Shown here: one piece after another, positions 18,287 through 25,885 of the stretch
Position numbering within the stretch: position 1 is the first letter of the stretch
Layout: each line of letters opens with the position of its first letter
IMG/VR virus record: IMGVR_UViG_3300044470_000064
Location: 1-52,491 of that record
Length of the DNA: 52,491 bases
Origin: a virus
Taxonomy: Duplodnaviria; Caudoviricetes
Reading direction: 5' to 3' (one strand)
Made by a program: the position numbers and the translations under genes
The notes under the pieces: model-generated
The model's input: only the letters and a program-made list of their open reading frames with translations
Database searches by the model: none
Told to the model about the DNA's origin: nothing

Positions 18287-20874
18287 GAATCGGCCCCATG
18301 GAGATCAGCCGCGTCCACAAGGCGGCCGACTATCCGATCCCGTCGCCCGTGAACGGCACGAACGCGCCCCCGAACATCGAGCAGTCCCTACAGAACCAGG
18401 GCATGGGCTGGCAGCTTCCGTTCCCGCCAGGCCATCCGCTCTACCCGTACTTCGGCTATGGCGCGGAGCCGCGGCAGTTCGACTACCAGACCGGTGCCAA
18501 CATCACCGTCCGCCCTCGGTCGGGCAGGATCTCGTTCGACACGCTCCGGGCCTTCACGACCACTTGGGACGTGGCCAGGATGTGCATCGCCCACCGCATC
18601 AACTCGATCCGGTCGTTCGACTGGGCGATCGTCCCCGCCGACGGTTCGGAGGGTGACAGCGACATCGGCCTGGCGCTGGAGACTGGACGGAAGGCCATCG
18701 AGAAGCCTGACGGTAGGCTGCCCTACAAGCGGTGGCTTGCCAAGGCGCTGAACTCACGTCTCCGTTATGACGCCCTGACGCTCTACAAGCGACGGGACAT
18801 GCTCGGACGTGTGATGGCGCTAGAGGTCATCGACGGGACCACCATCGCCCCGATGTTGGACTACTACGGCCGTCTGCCGGTGGGTGACGCCCCGGCCTAC
18901 CTCCAGTTCGCCAACGGCGTGCCGTGGGACTGGCTGGCTGACCGGGACGTCATCTATGCGCCCTACTTCCCGCAGGAGGATTCGCCTTACGGCTGGGCGC
19001 CGGTCGAGGACGTGATCGCCGTCGCCAACATCGACGAGCGGATGACGCTCCATCTGTTGGAATACTGGAACACGTCGAACCTACCCGCCGGCTGGCTGGA
19101 GGCTCCGCCCTCGTGGGACGACCCCGCCAAGCTGGACGACTTCCAGGCGCGGCTGAACGCCAAGCTCATGGGCGACCAGCAGAAGAAGGTGCAGGCTCAC
19201 GTCGTGCCACAGGGGACGAAGTTTACCCCGATCCGTTCGGAGTCGTTCGACACGGACGCCTACCTCTGGGGTTTCAGGAAGGGATGCGCTGCCTTCGGGG
19301 TGGTGCCGCAGGACCTCGGGGTCACGCTAGACATCAACAAGGCCACGGGGGAGACGCAGATAGACGTCCAGTCCCGGATCGCTGATCGTCCGATGTGTGA
19401 GGATCTCGACGGGCTCATCACCAGTTACCTCCAGGACGACCTGGGGCTGCCGGTGAAGATGCAGACCTCCTACTCGGCCGAGAAAGAGGATCGCGTCGCT
19501 GACGCCAATGTGTGGAAGATCGGCACCGAGGGCGGGGCTGTCACCGTGGACGAGTGGCGCTCCGAGATGTTCGGGCTGGAGGTCGATTCCGACCGGCCCG
19601 TGCCACGGTTCATCATGTCCTCTCGGGCGGGGCCGATCCCGCTGGCCAACCTGTTCGCCATCTCCGGCCCGATCAACCCCGCCACAGGTGGGCCGCTGGA
19701 CACGACACCGCTGGTGGACACCGGTAAGAAGCCCTTCGAGGCTGCCGCCGGCGTGGCTCCCGGAAAGACGCTCAACACTCCCGGCGCGCTCGTCTCGACG
19801 TTCAACCCTGATGAGCCACAGTTCCCGCAGGACGAGCTGTCTGCCACGCCTGCCCCCACCACGATCGCCGCAGTGGCCAAGAGCGAGACTGAGGGCATCA
19901 CGTCCGAGACTGGCCTAGTGGGTTACGACGAGTTCAGAGCCTCGCATCCTGAGCTAGACGACGACGAGGACGACGAGGACGACCGGGTGGCAATCCAGAA
20001 GGAACTCGGCCGCTGGCGTGACTTCGCCCGCAACCGCGTCAAGACTGGCAAGCCGCTCCGGGCCTTCGCCTCCACGGTGATCCCCGCTGATGTGTCAGAG
20101 CACATCACCAAGGCACTCGCTGGCTGCACCACGCGGGCTCAGGTTGACGCCGCCTTCGCGGAGGCCGCCAAGAGCGCCGATTTTTTTCTAGGTGACGTAG
20201 CGCCCGTTCACAAGGCGCATCCCCTTGTTCCATCCGCCACCGTGGGGAGTATTCCTGCCCTTGGCGTACATGTCCGCGATGTTGTCCTTTTGGGTCCCCA
20301 GGAAGAGATGGTCCGGGTTCACGCAGCCCCGGTTGTCGCAGTGGTGCAGAACCAACAGACCAGCGGGAATCGGCCCGTGGAAGAACTCCCAGGAAACCCG
20401 GTGGGCAAGGCGAACCCCATGAGGGTCGCCGCGGCGCCAGCGTCCCCGATGCACCCCGACGAGCGTGTGGAAGTACCCGTAGCCCCCTTTGAGGGCGCTG
20501 CTCGTTTGGGCACCAAGCCAGTTCCAACACCCGTCACCAAAAGAAACCCTGCCCCAGAATCGCAAGAACTCTTCCATAAGACCCATTATACCACCTCGCG
20601 GGCTAACCCTACTGCGGCAGTAGCCTACCCGGTCAGGAAGGCCAAGCACCCCACCGATGCCCTGCTCGACCAGATCGTGGGGCACTACGCCCCGCTGGTT
20701 GGCCAGGCGCTTGCCAGTGCGTTGCCATCACAGTCCCGGCTCGCCCAGGGGAACCTGACGCCCGCCGACCTCGACCTCTCGCAGCTACAGGCGGTGCTCA
20801 CCGAGGCCACCACGGATGCGTGGGTCGGCGGGGCGCTGATCGCGGCCGATGCCGTGACCAACCGCAGGGGCTAA
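18283..20874 (+). CDS. Portal protein with long C-terminal extension (contains an in-frame antisense HNH insertion)
   Basis: Follows TerL, AAGGAGG SD; [26 protein letters not shown] portal motifs. Confidence 0.9.
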   Translation: MRIGPMEISRVHKAADYPIPSPVNGTNAPPNIEQSLQNQGMGWQLPFPPGHPLYPYFGYGAEPRQFDYQTGANITVRPRSGRISFDTLRAFTTTWDVARMCIAHRINSIRSFDWAIVPADGSEGDSDIGLALETGRKAIEKPDGRLPYKRWLAKALNSRLRYDALTLYKRRDMLGRVMALEVIDGTTIAPMLDYYGRLPVGDAPAYLQFANGVPWDWLADRDVIYAPYFPQEDSPYGWAPVEDVIAVANIDERMTLHLLEYWNTSNLPAGWLEAPPSWDDPAKLDDFQARLNAKLMGDQQKKVQAHVVPQGTKFTPIRSESFDTDAYLWGFRKGCAAFGVVPQDLGVTLDINKATGETQIDVQSRIADRPMCEDLDGLITSYLQDDLGLPVKMQTSYSAEKEDRVADANVWKIGTEGGAVTVDEWRSEMFGLEVDSDRPVPRFIMSSRAGPIPLANLFAISGPINPATGGPLDTTPLVDTGKKPFEAAAGVAPGKTLNTPGALVSTFNPDEPQFPQDELSATPAPTTIAAVAKSETEGITSETGLVGYDEFRASHPELDDDEDDEDDRVAIQKELGRWRDFARNRVKTGKPLRAFASTVIPADVSEHITKALAGCTTRAQVDAAFAEAAKSADFFLGDVAPVHKAHPLVPSATVGSIPALGVHVRDVVLLGPQEEMVRVHAAPVVAVVQNQQTSGNRPVEELPGNPVGKANPMRVAAAPASPMHPDERVEVPVAPFEGAARLGTKPVPTPVTKRNPAPESQELFHKTHYTTSRANPTAAVAYPVRKAKHPTDALLDQIVGHYAPLVGQALASALPSQSRLAQGNLTPADLDLSQLQAVLTEATTDAWVGGALIAADAVTNRRG
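20188..20577 (-). CDS. HNH homing endonuclease nested antisense in the portal ORF
   Basis: [52 protein letters not shown]; TGGTATAAT extended -10 7 nt before ATG. Confidence 0.9.
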   Translation of the reverse strand: MEEFLRFWGRVSFGDGCWNWLGAQTSSALKGGYGYFHTLVGVHRGRWRRGDPHGVRLAHRVSWEFFHGPIPAGLLVLHHCDNRGCVNPDHLFLGTQKDNIADMYAKGRNTPHGGGWNKGMRLVNGRYVT

Positions 20875-20875
20875 A

Positions 20876-21154
20876 GCCCCGCCCCGCCACGCCCAACCGC
20901 GCCTCACCCGGCCTTGCCTGCCACGCCATGCCAGACCCAGCCATGCCACGCCCGACCCAGCCCAGACTTGCCGGCCTAGCCTGACCGCGCCTAGCCTAGC
21001 CACACCTGCCCCGCCATGCCCTGCCTCGCCCGACCCCGCCATGCCGCGCCTCGCCTGCCACGCCGAGCCGCGCCCGGCCGAGCCGCGCCTTGACCCGCCT
21101 TGCCTGCACCGCCATGCCCCGCCCCGCCACGCCCAACCGCGCCTCACCCGGCCT
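20876..21154. repeat. 39-bp perfect direct repeat inside the array (20876-20914 and 21116-21154)
   Basis: gccccgccccgccacgcccaaccgcgcctcacccggcct occurs twice, 240 bp apart. Confidence 0.95.
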
Positions 21155-21172
21155 CGCCTAGCCGCGCCTGCC
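20876..21172 (-). ncRNA. GGY-NN pentamer array (54 pentamers, 6 units), putative guide-RNA array of the adjacent Cas7/RAMP-like gene
   Basis: Minus strand parses as (GGY NN)n with variable NN, punctuated by 4-nt GGCA/TGCA/GGCC units; the repeat is certain, RNA function is inferred. Confidence 0.75.
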
Positions 21173-21184
21173 AATAACGCGATT

Positions 21185-21682
21185 TTAGTTGGTCTCCCTC
21201 TCTACAGCATCGAGCGCTTGCCAGACGGGCGCCAACTCCTTGAGTGACTGATAGCGACGACGGAAGCCCTTGAGCGCCGCCAACGCCTCGCGGAGCACGT
21301 AACTCCGCTGACCTGGCTCTGCCAGGGCCACGGTGAGCAGAGAGTACCCCTCGCTCTGGCCGTCGTCAGGGGCCGCCATCACGACATGCACGAACGCCGG
21401 GGCATCCTCGCGGGTGCCTTCCGCATCAACGCATCGAACGGAGTTGATGATCTGACGGGCCTGCTGGACGCGCCACGCCTCAGCACCCACCCGATCATCC
21501 CACTCCAACGTCGGGTGCAGGGGGCTGTCCTCCGGCCGAGCGACGTCCACATAGGTCGCGGGGGCACAGACCCCCTCTCGGGCGGCGATCTCTGCCACCG
21601 TCTCTCCCACGACCTGAGCGGAGACGGTGCAGCCCGGACCATGTCCCGACCAAACGTAACGGGTCGCTGTAGCAAGGGTCAT
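21185..21682 (-). CDS. Accessory protein of the RAMP cassette (165 aa), function unknown
   Basis: ATG overlaps the RAMP stop (TGATG); ARPEDSPLHPTLEWDD..GAEAWRVQQARQII conserved-looking motif. Confidence 0.8.
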   Translation of the reverse strand: MTLATATRYVWSGHGPGCTVSAQVVGETVAEIAAREGVCAPATYVDVARPEDSPLHPTLEWDDRVGAEAWRVQQARQIINSVRCVDAEGTREDAPAFVHVVMAAPDDGQSEGYSLLTVALAEPGQRSYVLREALAALKGFRRRYQSLKELAPVWQALDAVERETN

Positions 21683-22275
21683 CACACCACCTCGAACAGA
21701 CCGAACTGTCCGTCCTTCTCGGGGCGCCACTCGCCGATCCCCACCGCGAAGCCTGCCAGGTTGAGCAGGTTCACGATCTGATCGACGGAGATCGAACGGG
21801 CGTTGAAGATGATCGGCAGTTTAGCCGACCACTCGGGAAACTCGGCGCGGTAGCGGATATCAGCCGTTCCCATGCCGACCCTGACCATGTCCTCCCGACT
21901 GTGGGGTGTCCCCTCGATCTTGACCATGTCACCGAGGATGTGGAAGGCGCCGCGCAGGAACGTCATCTTCATGTCGCAGTAGGTTCCCGCCCGCACGGCG
22001 GCACCCTTGAACGCGACGGACGGGAAACCGTAGCCCCCACCGGGGTACGGGTAGAGCGAAGCCTGATAGTCGGCTTCGGGGTCCTTGGCCTCCTTGGCCT
22101 GCTTGGCCGCCTTGGTCTGCTTGTCTAGCATCTGCCGCTTGGCCTTCTCCGACCAGCGGTGACAGATCAGCGGAGACAGCCCCCGCACGGTCAGCTCGAT
22201 CCGCTGAGTGTCTAGTTCGACCCGCTGCACCACGGCGGTTTCCTCTGGTGCCTTCGTCGTTGTCGTGCCGGTCAT
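21682..22275 (-). CDS. Stand-alone Cas7/RAMP-like protein (Vipr-like)
   Basis: IELTVRGLSPLICH first strand, FPSVAFKGAAVRA helix, C-terminal Gly-rich loop AGFAVGIGEWRPEKDGQFGLFEV; GAGGAG SD. Confidence 0.75.
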   Translation of the reverse strand: MTGTTTTKAPEETAVVQRVELDTQRIELTVRGLSPLICHRWSEKAKRQMLDKQTKAAKQAKEAKDPEADYQASLYPYPGGGYGFPSVAFKGAAVRAGTYCDMKMTFLRGAFHILGDMVKIEGTPHSREDMVRVGMGTADIRYRAEFPEWSAKLPIIFNARSISVDQIVNLLNLAGFAVGIGEWRPEKDGQFGLFEVV

Positions 22276-22332
22276 AGCCGCTCCTCTCGGCCGTCGGGCC
22301 GTTACAAGACCCCGGCGGCCGAATACTTCCCT

Positions 22333-22362
22333 ACTATACGCGTCCCGCTACGGGAAAGTCAA
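22333..22362 (-). promoter_or_regulatory. Sigma70-type promoter of the RAMP cassette, TTGACT-N18-TATAGT
   Basis: Near-consensus hexamers; followed by a 5'UTR hairpin and SD. Confidence 0.75.
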
Positions 22363-22738
22363 GGAGGGCAGATGCCAGGCCCCACCACTCTGACGGCCCC
22401 CGCCCAGTCGGCGCAGTCACACGGGCAGCACTTAGACATCTCTGATTTCCCTCCGGTGGATGCGGGCAATTCGTTCCACCCTCTTGCAGAAGGGCGAGGT
22501 CAAGTCCTCGGAACCGCAGACCCCCTGGGGAAGCCCGGCGTCGAGGCGGTCGAACAGATCGTCCCAGTCAATGGGATATTCGGAGTACCAACCCTCCACG
22601 ATGGATTCGATGTCCTCCCGGAGCGCATCGGCCTCCGCAGCCGTCTCTAGGAACCACCAATCGCCCATAGCGCCAGTCTAGCACAACAGGAGGGCAGATG
22701 CCAGGCCCCACCACTCTGACGGCCCCCGCCCAGTCGGC
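22362..22738. repeat. 51-bp perfect direct repeat (22362-22412 and 22688-22738) containing the MuF SD and first codons
   Basis: aggagggcagatgccaggccccaccactctgacggcccccgcccagtcggc twice, 326 bp apart. Confidence 0.95.
22432..22668 (-). CDS. Antisense moron gene, hypothetical acidic protein
   Basis: TGCTAGACT-N6-ATG leaderless promoter; lies between the 51-bp repeats. Confidence 0.7.
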   Translation of the reverse strand: MGDWWFLETAAEADALREDIESIVEGWYSEYPIDWDDLFDRLDAGLPQGVCGSEDLTSPFCKRVERIARIHRREIRDV

Positions 22739-23261
22739 ACTGCCCGCCTCGATGCAGGACACGGCATGGGGAGACTGGACGCCCGGTTGGGCTGGCGCGG
22801 CGGCCACGATCAGCGACCCTGGCCTGGACGCGGTGCTCTCGGGCCTCGGGTTCACCCTGAAGGGCCTCGCCTCGTCCACCATCGACCAGATCGGCTCCCA
22901 GATCGCTCAGGGGGTCGCCTCTGGCGCCTCGATGGATTCTATCGCCATGGGTCTCCGGGATTCGTTGGGCGGGGACGCCTCGCGGGCCTACACCATCGCT
23001 GACACCGAGTGCGCCCGTGCCGCTCAGGATGCGAGCATGCAGACCTACCAGGCCAACGGCATCGAGATGCTCGACTGGCTCGTGGCAGATGATCCCTGTG
23101 ACGACTGCCAGGCGAACGCCGACGGTGGTCCGTATGCGACGGCCGACTTCCCGGACTTGCCAGCTCATCCGAGATGCCGGTGTGCATCGTCCCCGAACAT
23201 CGAATCGCTGACTGGCGGGACCTCCGACGACACCACCAATGACACAGACCAGGGAGAGTAA
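22698..23261 (+). CDS. MuF / SPP1 gp7-like minor head protein
   Basis: [16 protein letters not shown]...[15 protein letters not shown]. Confidence 0.85.
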   Translation: MPGPTTLTAPAQSALPASMQDTAWGDWTPGWAGAAATISDPGLDAVLSGLGFTLKGLASSTIDQIGSQIAQGVASGASMDSIAMGLRDSLGGDASRAYTIADTECARAAQDASMQTYQANGIEMLDWLVADDPCDDCQANADGGPYATADFPDLPAHPRCRCASSPNIESLTGGTSDDTTNDTDQGE

Positions 23262-23263
23262 CT

Positions 23264-24739
23264 ATGGTCCGACGCGTTCTCGCTGTCCTTACCGCGCTGG
23301 CGGTCGCAGCCCTTGGGTTGTTCGCGCTGGGCTCGTCCAACCGCGTCTCGGCCGCCCCCCTGCCTGGCCTCAGCGTATCTGGTAACCACCTGGTGAACGC
23401 CTCCGGGCAGACCGTCGTGCTGCACGGGGTCGACCGGTCGGGCACCGAGTACATGTGCGTCCAGGGCGGCGGCATCTTCGACGGCCCGTCCGATGCCACC
23501 TCGGTGGCCGCGATGGCCTCGTGGGGGATCAACGCCGTCCGCATCCCTCTCAATGAGGACTGCTGGCTGGGCATCAACGGAGCCAACCCGGGCGGCGCCA
23601 TCTATCAGTCGGCGATCGAAGCATACGTCACGCTCCTGCACTCGGCCGGGATATACGCGATCCTGGACCTCCAGTGGACCGCCCCCGGTTCGGTCGAGGC
23701 GACGTACCAAGAGAACATGGCCGACTACAGCAACTCGGTGCCCTTCTGGGCGTCTGTTGGCGCCGCTTTCAAGAACGACCCGGCGACCCTCTTTGACCTC
23801 TTCACCGAGCCGAACAACATCGGCATCGTGGGTTGTGTGGCGGGCGCTCCTGCCGGTTGTGCTACCGCCGTCGCCGAATCCGCCGCCGGCAACGGTGAGG
23901 GCGCCTTCTGGTGGTGCGCCTACGTAGGGACAGGCTGCATCGCCAACCAGAACTCGGCCAAGTTCGGGAACTGGCAGATCGCCTCCATGCAGGACATGCT
24001 TACCGCCGTCCGCGGTGCCGGAGCATCCAACGTCGTCATGGTCGGGGCCGACCAGTTCGCCAACGACCCGAGCGCATGGCTGGCGAATGTGCCGGTCGAT
24101 CCTGACCATCAGCTCGCCATGAGTTTCCACGTGTACAACTTCAACTACCCCTGTGTGAGCCTCGCCTGCTGGAACTCCGAGCTCCTGCCCATCGCCGCCT
24201 CGTACCCGATCATCTCGGGTGAGATCGGCGAGAGTGACGGCAGTGCGAGCTTCATCGACGGCTACATGGCTTGGGCGGATGCCAACGGGGTCTCGTACCT
24301 CGCGTGGACCTGGGACACCTGGGGTTGCGGAGATTCGGCCGTGCTGATCTCTTCCTACACCGGAACCGCCTGTGCCGGGTATGGCGCTGGATACCAGGCG
24401 CACCTGGCCACGCTGGCTGGCAGCACCCCAACACCGACGAGCACACCGACGGCGACGCCGACCAGTGGACCAACGTCCACACCTACCCCTAGTCTGCCGA
24501 CACCCACCCCCACGTCCACACCTACGGCAGTGCCGACCCCGACACCCACGGCGGTGCCGACGGCCACCCCCACGCCACGTCCGACGAGCACGCCGCGACC
24601 AACTGCTACCCCGCGGCCGAGCGCGACGCCTACACCTACTCCGACGCCGGAGCCGAGCTTCACCGAGACGATCACCGTCAACGGACACACCTGCACGATC
24701 ACCGTGACTAACGGCGTGGTTAGCGGGACTTGCACATGA
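23264..24739 (+). CDS. Secreted glycoside hydrolase family 5 (cellulase-like) with Pro/Thr linker
   Basis: Signal peptide, [28 protein letters not shown] acid/base, FHVY, GEIG nucleophile, YLAWTW. Confidence 0.85.
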   Translation: MVRRVLAVLTALAVAALGLFALGSSNRVSAAPLPGLSVSGNHLVNASGQTVVLHGVDRSGTEYMCVQGGGIFDGPSDATSVAAMASWGINAVRIPLNEDCWLGINGANPGGAIYQSAIEAYVTLLHSAGIYAILDLQWTAPGSVEATYQENMADYSNSVPFWASVGAAFKNDPATLFDLFTEPNNIGIVGCVAGAPAGCATAVAESAAGNGEGAFWWCAYVGTGCIANQNSAKFGNWQIASMQDMLTAVRGAGASNVVMVGADQFANDPSAWLANVPVDPDHQLAMSFHVYNFNYPCVSLACWNSELLPIAASYPIISGEIGESDGSASFIDGYMAWADANGVSYLAWTWDTWGCGDSAVLISSYTGTACAGYGAGYQAHLATLAGSTPTPTSTPTATPTSGPTSTPTPSLPTPTPTSTPTAVPTPTPTAVPTATPTPRPTSTPRPTATPRPSATPTPTPTPEPSFTETITVNGHTCTITVTNGVVSGTCT

Positions 24740-24927
24740 CGGACGCTGAAGTCATGGCCTCTCTGCGGGGCCATATCGAGAGGTACGGTGAGGATGGGGC
24801 GAGCCTGACCTATGAGGACGGCCAACCCGTGATCCATATCGAGGACCGCAAGAAGATCGTCCACTGGTTCGCCGGGACGGGCTCAACGCACTGCGGATTC
24901 CCAACCCCAGACGGTAGCTGTACATGA
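24736..24927 (+). CDS. Hypothetical protein
   Basis: ATGA overlaps. Confidence 0.55.
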   Translation: MTDAEVMASLRGHIERYGEDGASLTYEDGQPVIHIEDRKKIVHWFAGTGSTHCGFPTPDGSCT

Positions 24928-25178
24928 CGATCGCTGCCCGCCGTCTCGTTACCGTTGCCATCCCCGACATGGATGGCTGCGAGCGCACCCTGCGCTATGC
25001 CGCCGAGCGGATGTGCCAGGGGACGGACGTCATCGTCGTGGATCGGCACCCGCTGATCCCTGACGCGGTGATGCCGGAACTCTTCGCCAAGCTCACCGAG
25101 GTGGTCCGGGATGCCGCCGGGCAGGCCCGCCATCACATCGACAAGCACCTTTCAGCCACCTACTCACGAGGATACTGA
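24924..25178 (+). CDS. Hypothetical protein
   Basis: ATGA overlap. Confidence 0.55.
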   Translation: MTIAARRLVTVAIPDMDGCERTLRYAAERMCQGTDVIVVDRHPLIPDAVMPELFAKLTEVVRDAAGQARHHIDKHLSATYSRGY

Positions 25179-25179
25179 C

Positions 25180-25401
25180 ATGGGAGACGCTCTAGCTGTC
25201 GCTCGGGCGGCAGTCGATCAAGCTCACGCCGCCATGGTCGAGGCCAAGAAACTGTGTGTGAATTGCGGCGGGCCAGACGACGTACCCGCTGCGGGCGAGC
25301 GCTTTGGTGCCGTCCATGCCCCTCACGCCGCCGAGGTTGAGGCAGCCCATGCTGCACTCCAGCAGGCCACTGCGGCCCAATTCCTGGTGGAAGGGAGCTG
25401 A
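25180..25401 (+). CDS. Hypothetical protein
   Basis: GAGG SD, tight packing. Confidence 0.6.
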   Translation: MGDALAVARAAVDQAHAAMVEAKKLCVNCGGPDDVPAAGERFGAVHAPHAAEVEAAHAALQQATAAQFLVEGS

Positions 25402-25402
25402 C

Positions 25403-25873
25403 ATGGGAATGTCTCAGGCACTTCAGTTGAACATCCTCGACGCCATCTTCGGCGGTGGGGCCTCCCAGTCGGCATGGACCGGCGTCGCCACCGTGTACTG
25501 TGGTGTCTCGACCTCGACGTACTCCGTCACCCTGCTCGACGCCACCATCATCGCGGCCGAGCCATCCTCGACGGGAAGCTATGCTCGGATCGTCATCACC
25601 AACAACTCGACCAACTTCCCGGCCTCGACCACCAGCACCGCGACAGGCACCAAGAAGCTGCACGTCGCCTTCTCCTTCACCACCTCGACGGCGGCCTGGA
25701 GCACCGGCGCGACTGCGCTGGCGTCCTTCTTCTTCTCCAGTGTGACCACACTCGCCACCGGCCCAGTGATGTACATGGGCGCTCTCTCCCCGGCCACCGA
25801 CATCGTCAATGGAACGGGTGTCACCTTCACCTTCGCCATTGACGCGCTCCAGATGACCCTCGCTCCCGCGTAA
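25403..25873 (+). CDS. Virion structural protein (small fibre/decoration-type)
   Basis: LNILD.IFG, EPS..GSYAR, F......W, FTF....L.MT pattern seen in phage structural genes. Confidence 0.65.
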   Translation: MGMSQALQLNILDAIFGGGASQSAWTGVATVYCGVSTSTYSVTLLDATIIAAEPSSTGSYARIVITNNSTNFPASTTSTATGTKKLHVAFSFTTSTAAWSTGATALASFFFSSVTTLATGPVMYMGALSPATDIVNGTGVTFTFAIDALQMTLAPA

Positions 25874-25885
25874 GGAGCCTGAGCG

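Noticed and set aside
20876-21172. Classical CRISPR array or simple microsatellite
   Set aside because: No 25-45 bp repeat-spacer structure; the variation is confined to two fixed positions, unlike slippage repeats
20785-21247. ORFs 20785-21174 (-) and 21041-21247 (+) over the pentamer array
   Set aside because: Arg/Gly/Ala/Trp or Pro/Arg low-complexity by-products of a period-5 repeat; no SD or coding pattern
22372-22650. 92-aa plus-strand ORF
   Set aside because: Produced by the duplicated MuF start running into the antisense of the moron gene; probably non-functional
22941-22970. Resemblance of array unit 3 to MuF codons AMGLRDSLG
   Set aside because: Needs a one-codon gap plus several mismatches
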